IMG/VR virus record: IMGVR_UViG_3300022555_000011
Span: 19,381 to 83,380 of that record
Reading direction: 5' to 3' (one strand)
Source: a virus
Lineage: Duplodnaviria; Heunggongvirae; Uroviricota; Caudoviricetes
DNA length: 64,000 nt
In this document: positions 37,330-46,338 of the stretch, piece after piece
Layout: every line of letters starts with the position of its first letter
How positions within the stretch are numbered: position 1 is the stretch's first letter
Notes under the pieces: model-generated
The model's database searches: none
Seen by the model: only the letters and a program-made list of their open reading frames with translations
What the model was told of the DNA's origin: nothing
Translations under genes and position numbers: made by a program

Positions 37330-38036
37330 AAAATTTTAAAGAAATTAGAGTATCTAAAGTAGAATATTTAGATGAATTAGAAACTACATATGATATTCAA
37401 GTAGAAGGTGTGCATCATTATATATTAGAAGGTGGTATAGTTTCGCATAATACTCAAGACATGTTTCCACAAACTATTATGTCTGGTGGTGAAGGTTTAT
37501 ATTATGCTGCTAGTGTTATTTTATTATTGAGTGACGCAAAATTAAAAACTGGTGAAGAAGATGAAATGGATCTTGGTAGATCAGGTTCAATTATCACCGC
37601 TCGTTCAGCAAAAAATAGATTGGCAAAACCAAAGAAAGTTAAATTTGAAATTGATCATAGTAAAGGTATTAACCCTTATAAGGGATTAGATTTATTCTGC
37701 ACTTTTGAAAATTTCCCTAAAATTGGTGTTGCTCAGGTTAAGAAAGAAGTTGACAAAGAGACTGGAGAAATTACATACAAACCTTCTAATCGTTGGTATG
37801 TTAGACATTTAGATAAAACATTATCAGCAAACCAAATTTTTAATAGAAAAGTTTTTAATCCAGAAGTATTAAAGGCTATGGAACCAATAATTTATGATTA
37901 TTTCAAATATCCATCATATGATGAGTGTCTTAGGGAATTGGAAGATATTGACGAGAGATTAAATGAAATTGAAGATAAGGATATGTTATCTTCAGAAGAA
38001 TTTAATCTTGAAGATGACGCAAATCTCTTCAATTAA
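37326..38036 (+). CDS. recA: split-intein C part (42 aa, 37326-37451) + UvsX/RecA C-terminal fragment
   Basis: TYDIQVEGVHHYILEGGIVSHN|TQDMFPQTIMSGGEGLYYAAS...KNR. Confidence 0.9.
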   Translation: MKNFKEIRVSKVEYLDELETTYDIQVEGVHHYILEGGIVSHNTQDMFPQTIMSGGEGLYYAASVILLLSDAKLKTGEEDEMDLGRSGSIITARSAKNRLAKPKKVKFEIDHSKGINPYKGLDLFCTFENFPKIGVAQVKKEVDKETGEITYKPSNRWYVRHLDKTLSANQIFNRKVFNPEVLKAMEPIIYDYFKYPSYDECLRELEDIDERLNEIEDKDMLSSEEFNLEDDANLFN

Positions 38037-38078
38037 GTTTGAAATTCGAACTTTTCCAAAAAATAATATAATACTCAT

Positions 38079-39425
38079 ATGTCGGAAGCGATGAATACGA
38101 ATATGGAAAAGCATTTCTTTATCTATATTTTAGATACACCAGATCAATTTTCCAAAGTAGAACCTTACTTTTTTAATAATTCAGATATACAGTTTGTTTA
38201 TACTGTAATCAGAGAAGAATATTTAAGAAGTGAGAGTCATATTGTACCAAGTACACAACAAATAGTAGCAATGGTCAAATTAGCTGATCAAGAAAATAAA
38301 ATAAGTAGTGCAGTTTTAAAAATACTACTTCAATCAGATAACGGTGATATAAGTCAAGAATGGTTGTTACCAAGATTTAAAGCTTGGAAAATTGAGAAAC
38401 AATTAAATGGTGATATGTTAAAAACCATTGATATGGTTCGAAATATTAAAGGCGAAATAAACTATGATACCGTGGTTGAAGTTGCTCAAAAAATAAAAGG
38501 AATTTTTGGTAATGTAATGATGGTTGATGATGATGACAGTGATTTAGGAGATGACTTTGACGATCCAGAATCACATAAACAGTTAATCAGTAAAAACAGC
38601 ATTCACACAGGCTGGCCTTGTATAGATTCAATATTAGGTGGTGGCTGGAGTAAATGCACATTAAATGTTATTATGGGTGAAACTAACGTTGGTAAATCAA
38701 TGTGGTTACACAATATTGCTACAAATGCAGCAAATGCTGGAGCTAATGTGTTAGTTATTACATTAGAAATGGCAACAAGAAAAGTAATGAAAAGATTGGG
38801 TTCTATGAGACTTAAAATTAATTCAGATGAATATGATGAAAAGTCAAAAGATGCAGTCTTTATGAAACAAAGATTAAATAATTTAAAATCTCAGGGATTT
38901 GGTGGCGGAGGATTGTTCGATTCTCAACCAGGCAAGATTTTTGTTAAAAAATACAATACAAGTGATTGTACTGTAACTGATATAGATAACTATATCAAAA
39001 AATTTGAAGAAGTTAAAAGGCTTAAAGTAGGAATGGTAATTGTGGATTATATAAATATTATGTCCATTGAAAAAGGCTTTGATATCACTAATATGCTTTA
39101 CTTAAAGGGAAAACACTTAGCAGAAGGCTTAAGAAGAATTGGAGATAAATATGAATGTGCAGTTGTTACTGCAACACAAACTGATAAAGCAGTTTGGGGA
39201 GCATCTGATATTAAATTGGGTGATATTCCTGAAAGTAAGGCTATTGCAGATACAGCAGACTCGGTTTGGGGTATTATTAGAAATCCAGAAATGAAACGTA
39301 ATAATATCTATAGATTAAAAATATTAAAATTAAGAGATGGTGAACACCATGAAGAACAAGTTAGATTTGATTTTAATACTAAATTTTTAACTATGGAAAA
39401 CGATCAATTGGTTGGTGCTAAATAA
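38079..39425 (+). CDS. dnaB: replicative DNA helicase (DnaB/T4 gp41-like)
   Basis: GETNVGKS, ITLEM, IVDYI, TATQ, LKLRDG motifs. Confidence 0.9.
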   Translation: MSEAMNTNMEKHFFIYILDTPDQFSKVEPYFFNNSDIQFVYTVIREEYLRSESHIVPSTQQIVAMVKLADQENKISSAVLKILLQSDNGDISQEWLLPRFKAWKIEKQLNGDMLKTIDMVRNIKGEINYDTVVEVAQKIKGIFGNVMMVDDDDSDLGDDFDDPESHKQLISKNSIHTGWPCIDSILGGGWSKCTLNVIMGETNVGKSMWLHNIATNAANAGANVLVITLEMATRKVMKRLGSMRLKINSDEYDEKSKDAVFMKQRLNNLKSQGFGGGGLFDSQPGKIFVKKYNTSDCTVTDIDNYIKKFEEVKRLKVGMVIVDYINIMSIEKGFDITNMLYLKGKHLAEGLRRIGDKYECAVVTATQTDKAVWGASDIKLGDIPESKAIADTADSVWGIIRNPEMKRNNIYRLKILKLRDGEHHEEQVRFDFNTKFLTMENDQLVGAK

Positions 39426-39446
39426 TATCTAAAAATAATATTATGT

Positions 39447-40127
39447 ATGACACAAAGGAAGAATTTAGATTTAGATGATGATTTAGAAAATAATTTAGAT
39501 GAGGAATTAGGTGCAGACTTTATTGATGATGTTATTATAGATGAAGAATTTGGTAACGGAGATATTGTAGAATCTATTGAGTCTGATGAAGATATAGATG
39601 ATGATTCTGAAGAAGATGTGATGTTTAAGTTTAATACAAATAATCATAAACTTGAAGGAAAACACTCATTAACAAGAGATACAATATTTAAAGGTAAACT
39701 TGATGACAATTCTGAACAATCCGATTATTTTAGTGGTAATCAGGAAGAATCTTATAGTTATGATGGATTACCAATAGAAGTTGGCTCTAATTATGAATTT
39801 GAAAGTAAATATCATGAAGAATATGTTGGTAGACTTAATTTATCAAGAGATGTTTATGATTTATTAAACGAAAAAACAGAGTTGGATTTTTCTTCAAATA
39901 GAAGAAAACCCAATAAACAAGCATTTAACGACTATTATAAGATGTTGTTGGATAATATTGGCAAAGAATATACTAAATCAGAAATCTTTGTCGAATTATC
40001 TTATTATTTTACAGATAACATATTCAATATGTTTAAGTTATTAGATAAAGAATATGCAACACAAATTATAGTAGAGCTAAAACAAAGTGGATATTTGAGT
40101 CATCTCAGTAATATCAACTTCATATAA
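39447..40127 (+). CDS. acidic hypothetical protein
   Basis: 226-aa D/E-rich ORF between helicase and RNR. Confidence 0.65.
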   Translation: MTQRKNLDLDDDLENNLDEELGADFIDDVIIDEEFGNGDIVESIESDEDIDDDSEEDVMFKFNTNNHKLEGKHSLTRDTIFKGKLDDNSEQSDYFSGNQEESYSYDGLPIEVGSNYEFESKYHEEYVGRLNLSRDVYDLLNEKTELDFSSNRRKPNKQAFNDYYKMLLDNIGKEYTKSEIFVELSYYFTDNIFNMFKLLDKEYATQIIVELKQSGYLSHLSNINFI

Positions 40128-40144
40128 AAAATAAAAGAAATAAC

Positions 40145-41008
40145 ATGGCTTTTTTTAAGAGAGACGAAGCATACTACGCATCATTAAAATATTTTAAGGG
40201 AGATACTTTAGCATCTGATGTATGGGTTAATAAATATGCGTTAAAAGACACAAAAAGTGGCGAGACTGTTTATTACGAACGTACGCCAGATGATATGCAT
40301 TGGAGACTTGCAAGAGAAATACATAGGATAGAAGCTAAATACCAAAATCCTTTATCAGAACAATTTTTATTTGATTTGATGAAAGATTTTAAGTATATAA
40401 TTCCACAAGGCTCTCCAATGTCAGGTATTGGAAATAATAGACAAGTTGTATCATTATCAAATTGTTTTGTTATAGGTAATCCTTCTGATTCATATGGTTC
40501 AATTATGCAAGTTGATGAAGAACAAATTCAACTTATGAAACGTAGAGGTGGTGTTGGACATGACCTTTCTCATATTAGACCTGCTGGAATGCCAGTTAAA
40601 AATTCAGCATTAACTTCAACAGGACTTGTACCTTTTATGAATAGATATTCTAATTCTACAAATGAAGTGGCTCAAGGTGGTAGGCGAGGCGCATTAATGT
40701 TAACTTGTTTTTCGCCTGATACATTTGTTCTTACAGATTATGGATGGGATCAAATAAAGAATGTTATAAATAAAATAAAATCTGGAATTGAAATTAAATC
40801 TTGGACACATGATGGGTTTAAGAATATTTTAGATATTCAAGAATTTAAAAATAGAGATGTTTATGAAATAGAATGTGAAAATGATAAGATCATAATTGTT
40901 ACTCCAGATCATGAATTTGTTGTAAGAAATATGAATTCAGGTGAGGAATATTTGAAGGCTATAATTGACGTAGATGTATTAATAGAAGAATTAATATTTT
41001 ATTTTTAA
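40145..41008 (+). CDS. nrdJ: class II ribonucleotide reductase N-terminal fragment + split-intein N part (100 aa, 40706-41005)
   Basis: SLSNCF, GGVGHDLS.IRP, RRGALMLT then CFSPDTFV...TPDH. Confidence 0.9.
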   Translation: MAFFKRDEAYYASLKYFKGDTLASDVWVNKYALKDTKSGETVYYERTPDDMHWRLAREIHRIEAKYQNPLSEQFLFDLMKDFKYIIPQGSPMSGIGNNRQVVSLSNCFVIGNPSDSYGSIMQVDEEQIQLMKRRGGVGHDLSHIRPAGMPVKNSALTSTGLVPFMNRYSNSTNEVAQGGRRGALMLTCFSPDTFVLTDYGWDQIKNVINKIKSGIEIKSWTHDGFKNILDIQEFKNRDVYEIECENDKIIIVTPDHEFVVRNMNSGEEYLKAIIDVDVLIEELIFYF

Positions 41009-41078
41009 TTTTATTTTCATTTTTCCAGTTTTTTTATTTTATATATACAAATAAAACATCCAGATGAAAATAAAATTA
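41006..41078 (+). promoter_or_regulatory. 15-bp hairpin sequestering the endonuclease ATG, TATATATAC between the arms
   Basis: taattttattttcat (41006-41020) pairs with ATGaaaataaaatta (41064-41078). Confidence 0.7.
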
Positions 41079-42053
41079 TTAAAAATTGAGGAGGACAGAA
41101 GAAGAATATTGTATAAAATAGATCAAGAAGAGTACATCATTAATGGTAAGATATTTAAAGTAAAAAAAAGCACTGCTAATCTTAGTAGTTATTTAAATTC
41201 TATTGATAGTTCATTAATTAAAATTTTAAATTTATCAGTAGATTGTAAATGTAAAAATTGTTTAGAGTATATTACTAGAAATAGATTTGAAAGAAATGTT
41301 TTTATTGCATATAAATTTTGCAATGAGTGTGATAAAAGAAATGTTTTGAATAAATATAATATTGTTAAGTGTATATGTTGTAATAAAGAAATTTTATATA
41401 AAGATATTAAATATTCTACTTGTGGAAATAAAAAATGTTTAGAAGAATATAGAAATATTATAAATAATAAAATAAAAGAAACACATTGGACTTTAAATGA
41501 TCACAAAAATGATATAACGATTAAAAAATCTATAAAAAGAAAAGAAAATGATATTAAATTTTGTAGAAAATATGTGGCTTGGAATAAAGATAAAACTGGA
41601 ATATATTCTAAAGAGACAATTGAAAAATTAAGAAATGCTGCCATTAATCAAATGAAAAATGGTAAAATTAAAAAAACAGGAATTGAGACAATTTTTGAAG
41701 AATTATTAAAATCTAATAATATTGATTATACATACTCGTTTATATATGAAAATAGGCAATTTGATTTTATTATAAAAGATTATAATATTGTTGTTGAAAT
41801 TCAGGGGGATTACTGGCATTCTAATCCTAAATTTTGGGATGTTTATGATAATGATAAAACAAAAAAGAAATTGTATGAGACTCAGATAATGAAAATAAAA
41901 GATGATGTAATTAAAAAGAATATTATAGAAAGATCAAAATATGATTTTGTTTCATTTTGGGAATATGATATTCATAATAATATTTCAGAAGTTGAAAAAA
42001 CTTTATTTGAATTAATTAATAAAAATAAAATTAAAAATGGAAAAAACTTATAG
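41064..42053 (+). CDS. free-standing Vsr/DUF559-like endonuclease inside fractured nrdJ
   Basis: Zn-ribbon N-terminus; IETIFEELL...FDFII...EIQGDYWH...FWEYDI. Confidence 0.78.
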   Translation: MKIKLLKIEEDRRRILYKIDQEEYIINGKIFKVKKSTANLSSYLNSIDSSLIKILNLSVDCKCKNCLEYITRNRFERNVFIAYKFCNECDKRNVLNKYNIVKCICCNKEILYKDIKYSTCGNKKCLEEYRNIINNKIKETHWTLNDHKNDITIKKSIKRKENDIKFCRKYVAWNKDKTGIYSKETIEKLRNAAINQMKNGKIKKTGIETIFEELLKSNNIDYTYSFIYENRQFDFIIKDYNIVVEIQGDYWHSNPKFWDVYDNDKTKKKLYETQIMKIKDDVIKKNIIERSKYDFVSFWEYDIHNNISEVEKTLFELINKNKIKNGKNL

Positions 42054-45000
42054 TAAAATACGTAAAATAACAAAAAAAGGTAAAAGTGATGTATATGATT
42101 TTACGGTGGAAGACACACATAGAATATTGGCAAATAATTTTTATACTTCAAATTGCTCCGTAAAACATCCAGATTCTGAAAGTTTTATTGATGCAAAATT
42201 AGAAGATGGTAAAGTAACTGGTGCAAATATTTCAGTTAAAATTGCAGATGACTTTATGGAAGCCGCATTAAATGCTAAAATGTACACACAATTATTTCCA
42301 ATAGATTCAAAAAATCCTATTCATACTAAAGAAATTGATGCTCAAAAATTGTGGAAGAAAATTATTCATAATGCCTGGAAATCTGCGGAGCCAGGTGTTT
42401 TATTTTGGGATACAGTAATGAGAGAATCTGTGCCAGATTGTTATCAAGATTATGGCTTTACAACAATTTCAACAAATCCTTGCATTATTGGTGATTCTTT
42501 AATTGCTGTTGCTGATGGTAGAAATGCAGTTTCTATAAGACAATTAACAGAAGAAGGTAAAGATATTCCAGTATATAGTACAAATAGTGAAGGTAAAATT
42601 GAAATAAAATGGGGTAGAAATCCTAGATTGACTGGAAAAAATAAAGAAGTATGGAAATTAACTTTAGATGATGATTCTGTTTTTGTCGCAACCCCAGATC
42701 ATAGAGTTTATTTGAATAATAATACATATAAAGAATTAAAAGATTTGTTACCAGGTGAATCAATATCATCTTTTTATTCTTTTAATTCTAATAAGGGATA
42801 TAGACAAATTGCACAAACTGGTGATAAAATGATCGGAGGTAGATATAGAAATAGAAGACAGTATAGACTTATTCATGAGTTTCATAAAGGTAAAGACATT
42901 GATTATAAATTGTTTAATATACATCATAAAGATTTCGATAATCAAAATGATATGATAGATAATTTAGAATTGATGACGAGAGATGATCATAAATTTTTAC
43001 ATTCTGGAAGAATTAAAGGTAAAAATAATCCATATTTTAGAATGACTGATGAATGGAAAGCTAATTTTGCTTCACATCCAGGAGAAAAGAATTCTAAATA
43101 TATTAATGTTTCTAATGATGAAATGATAATTCATGGTAGAGAATTATTTAAACAGGAAGGAAAATTTACAGCACGAGGATGGATTAAGTATTCAAAAGAA
43201 CATAATTTGCCACAATCATTATGGAACGAATTTAGATTTAAGACATTTGCAGATTTTAAAAACCAAGTAGTAAATAATCATAAAGTTGTGAGTGTTGAAT
43301 TTTTTGGATATGATGATGTATATAATATTACAGTTGATGATAATCACAATTATAATGTTATTACAAAAACTGAGGATGATAGATATATAACATCAGGTGG
43401 AATTTGCGTAAAAAATTGTGGAGAAATAACTCTTTGTCCTTATGATTCTTGTAGATTATTGGCTATAAACCTTTATAGTTTTGTAGATGAACCTTTTACA
43501 AAAAATGCAAAATTTAATTGGGATAAATTCAAGGAATATGTTGTTTATGCTGAAAGGATTATGGATGATATTATTGATCTTGAGATAGAAAAAATTAATA
43601 TGATCTTGGATAAAATTGCATCAGATCCAGAAAATGAAGAAACTAAAAGAGTTGAAAGAGAAACTTGGATTAAGATTATGAATATGACTTTAAATGGTCG
43701 TAGAACTGGTTTGGGTGTAACTGCTGAAGGTGATATGTTAGCTGCTCTTGGCTTAAGATATGGTACACCAGATGCAACAGATTTTTCAACAGAAGTTCAT
43801 AAAGTATTGGCGATAAATGCTTATAAATCATCTGCAATTATGGCAAAAGAACGTGGCTCATTCCCTATTTATGATTATGAAAGAGAAGTTAGTAATCCTT
43901 TTGTTCAAAGATTAAAAGATGCTGATCCAGAATTAGATATGATGTTAAAACAATATGGTAGAAGAAATATTGCACTTTTGACTATTGCACCAACAGGAAC
44001 AGTTTCACTAATGACACAAACAACTTCAGGTATCGAACCTGCATACTTGGTTTCTTATAGAAGAAGAAGAAAGATTAATCCTACTGATAAAGGTGGTAGA
44101 GTTGATTTTATAGATGCAGAAGGTGTAAAATGGGAAGAATATAATGTCTTTCATCATAAGTTTGAAGTTTGGTTAGAGGTTAACGGTTATAATATTGATG
44201 AAGTAAAAGCAATGAAAGATTCTGAATTAAAATTAATTATTGAAAAATCTCCATACTATAAAGCAACTTCTAATGATGTTGACTGGGTTGAAAAGGTTAG
44301 AATGCAAGGTATGATTCAAAAATATGTTGACCATTCTATTTCAGTAACAGTTAACTTGCCTAATAATGTAACTGAAGAAATTGTTTCTAAAGTATATGAA
44401 ATGGGCTGGAAGTCTGGATGTAAAGGTATGACAGTTTATCGTGATGGTTCTCGTCAAGGAGTTATTATGTCAAATGAAGGAACAACTCAAAATGTTGTTA
44501 AAGAAGTACAAGAGAACAACGCAAAACCAAGACCAAAAAGACTTGAATGTGAAGTTGTTAGATTTACTAATAATAAAGAAAAATGGGTTGGTGTTCTTGG
44601 ATTGATGGTTGATGAAAAAGGTCAAAAATATCCTTATGAGATATTCACTGGATTACTTGATGAATTTTATATTCCTCCTAGTATTGAAAAAGGTGAAATT
44701 ATTAAGCATAAAGAAGATGGTGAAAAAAGTAGATATGATTTTGTTTACAAGGACAAAGATGGTTATAATGTTACAATGGAAGGCTTAAATAGAGCTTTTA
44801 ACAGAGAATTTTGGAACACAAGTAAACTATTGTCAGCATTTTTAAGACATAGAATACACCTTCCTAGTGTGATTAATCTTATTGATAGTTTACAAATGAA
44901 TTTAGATAATGAAGCAGCTTTTGGTACTTGGAAATCTGGTGTGAAAAGAATTATTAAGAAATATATAAATTCTATCGTTGTTGGCGAATCTTGTCCAGAA

Positions 45001-45084
45001 TGTGGAGCTACAGGACATGATTTAGTGTATGAAAATGGCTGTAAGACTTGTAAGGCGTGCGGTTGGGCGAAATGTTCAGATTAA
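42037..45084 (+). CDS. nrdJ: split-intein C part (39 aa) + class II RNR C-terminal fragment containing a second intein
   Basis: VYDFTVEDTHRILANNFYTSN|CSVKHPD; NP|intein|CGE; RRTGLG, IAPTGT; C-terminal Zn ribbon. Confidence 0.92.
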   Translation: MEKTYSKIRKITKKGKSDVYDFTVEDTHRILANNFYTSNCSVKHPDSESFIDAKLEDGKVTGANISVKIADDFMEAALNAKMYTQLFPIDSKNPIHTKEIDAQKLWKKIIHNAWKSAEPGVLFWDTVMRESVPDCYQDYGFTTISTNPCIIGDSLIAVADGRNAVSIRQLTEEGKDIPVYSTNSEGKIEIKWGRNPRLTGKNKEVWKLTLDDDSVFVATPDHRVYLNNNTYKELKDLLPGESISSFYSFNSNKGYRQIAQTGDKMIGGRYRNRRQYRLIHEFHKGKDIDYKLFNIHHKDFDNQNDMIDNLELMTRDDHKFLHSGRIKGKNNPYFRMTDEWKANFASHPGEKNSKYINVSNDEMIIHGRELFKQEGKFTARGWIKYSKEHNLPQSLWNEFRFKTFADFKNQVVNNHKVVSVEFFGYDDVYNITVDDNHNYNVITKTEDDRYITSGGICVKNCGEITLCPYDSCRLLAINLYSFVDEPFTKNAKFNWDKFKEYVVYAERIMDDIIDLEIEKINMILDKIASDPENEETKRVERETWIKIMNMTLNGRRTGLGVTAEGDMLAALGLRYGTPDATDFSTEVHKVLAINAYKSSAIMAKERGSFPIYDYEREVSNPFVQRLKDADPELDMMLKQYGRRNIALLTIAPTGTVSLMTQTTSGIEPAYLVSYRRRRKINPTDKGGRVDFIDAEGVKWEEYNVFHHKFEVWLEVNGYNIDEVKAMKDSELKLIIEKSPYYKATSNDVDWVEKVRMQGMIQKYVDHSISVTVNLPNNVTEEIVSKVYEMGWKSGCKGMTVYRDGSRQGVIMSNEGTTQNVVKEVQENNAKPRPKRLECEVVRFTNNKEKWVGVLGLMVDEKGQKYPYEIFTGLLDEFYIPPSIEKGEIIKHKEDGEKSRYDFVYKDKDGYNVTMEGLNRAFNREFWNTSKLLSAFLRHRIHLPSVINLIDSLQMNLDNEAAFGTWKSGVKRIIKKYINSIVVGESCPECGATGHDLVYENGCKTCKACGWAKCSD
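42481..43416 (+). mobile_element. contiguous intein (312 aa) with HNH endonuclease at the RNR catalytic NP|CGE site
   Basis: Starts CIIGDSLI; TPDH; IHHKDFDNQNDMIDNL; ends VYNITVDDNHN...CVKN|C. Confidence 0.9.
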
Positions 45085-45091
45085 TTAAAAA

Positions 45092-45170
45092 TAAACCACA
45101 TATTTCACATTTAAGACAACCATATTTTTATATATAGAATATGAGAAAAAAATGTGAAATATGTGGTTTA
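45092..45170 (+). promoter_or_regulatory. 21-bp perfect hairpin spanning the promoter and start of the endonuclease gene
   Basis: taaaccacatatttcacattt (45092-45112) pairs with aaatgtgaaatatgtggttta (45150-45170); tatatatag at 45129. Confidence 0.75.
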
Positions 45171-46160
45171 GATTTTTCATATACAACAGGAAAATTTACA
45201 ATTCATTTAAATGAAGAACATAATATCTCTTTAAGAGATTATATTATTCAATATGAGTTAAGTGGACAAACACCAAAATGTAAATGTGGCTATTGTGATG
45301 ATGATGCACCTTTTTTTAGAGGTAAATTTCTTGATAGAATTGGTAAACATCAAAAATATGAATGGTTGAAATATCAGTATATTAAAAAATATGGTACACC
45401 AAAATGTGAAGTGTGCGGTGATGATGTTAAATGGAATAGAGATGTCCCGAATAGATATTGTTCACCAAAATGTTTTCCAAATAGATGGAACCAAGAAAAA
45501 ATAGATATTACTGTTAAAGAAAGATATAATGTAAATAATGTTTCTTTTTTAGATGATGTTAAAAATAAAATATCTAATAGTAATAAAGAAAATTATAAAT
45601 ATAATAAAAAAGAAATAGTAGAAAAATTTTCTACTACTTGTTTGGATAGATTTGGTGTTGATTTTCCAGTTAAATCTTCTGATGTTCAAGATAAAATGAA
45701 AATAACATATTTTAAAAATTTAGGAGTTGATCATCCGTCTAAATTATTAATAAATAGACAGAATTCAAGTAAAAGAATGATAAAGAATAATTATGAATTT
45801 AATTTCACTAATTGTTATAATATCAAAAGATATAAAGAAACTGAATTGTATTATCAAAGTTTATATGAATATCATTTTTTAGAATATTGTGAAAAAAAGA
45901 ATATTATTGATAGAGTTAAAAATGGAAATATTTATAATTTTTTACCAGAAGAATCTGATTATGGATTTAGAACTATTACAGATTTTTGTATAGATGATAT
46001 TGAGATAGAAATAAAATCAACATATATTTTAGAAAAACAAGGTGGTGATTTTGTTATAGATATAAAAAGAAGAGCTGTTGAAAGTACAGGTAAAAAATAC
46101 TTATTAATTCTGGATAAAAAATATTCAGAATTTGAAAAATTAATTAACAATAATGAATGA
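45141..46160 (+). CDS. free-standing PD-(D/E)XK-type endonuclease
   Basis: Zn ribbons, GVDHPS-type repeats; C-terminal TDFCIDDIEIEIKS. Confidence 0.7.
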   Translation: MRKKCEICGLDFSYTTGKFTIHLNEEHNISLRDYIIQYELSGQTPKCKCGYCDDDAPFFRGKFLDRIGKHQKYEWLKYQYIKKYGTPKCEVCGDDVKWNRDVPNRYCSPKCFPNRWNQEKIDITVKERYNVNNVSFLDDVKNKISNSNKENYKYNKKEIVEKFSTTCLDRFGVDFPVKSSDVQDKMKITYFKNLGVDHPSKLLINRQNSSKRMIKNNYEFNFTNCYNIKRYKETELYYQSLYEYHFLEYCEKKNIIDRVKNGNIYNFLPEESDYGFRTITDFCIDDIEIEIKSTYILEKQGGDFVIDIKRRAVESTGKKYLLILDKKYSEFEKLINNNE

Positions 46161-46338
46161 TATTTATGAATATAAAGGAAACCAATATAGAATATTTGCA
46201 GAATCTAAAATGAAAGTTGATGGTGTGTGGATAAAGTGTATTATTTATCAAACTCTTTATTATAATGAAGATGGTTGGATATGGGTTAGAAATAGTGAAG
46301 AGTTTTTTAAACTATTTAAAAGAGTTGAAGAGAAATGA
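46153..46338 (+). CDS. DUF1653-like protein
   Basis: YKGNQY...IIYQTLY...WVRNSEEF. Confidence 0.65.
   Translation: MNDIYEYKGNQYRIFAESKMKVDGVWIKCIIYQTLYYNEDGWIWVRNSEEFFKLFKRVEEK

Noticed and set aside
37326-37355. MKNFKE start of the RecA C-half as a capsid-targeting leader
   Set aside because: It is part of the IntC, whose starts are commonly Lys-rich; it would be removed by splicing and lies outside the leader cluster.
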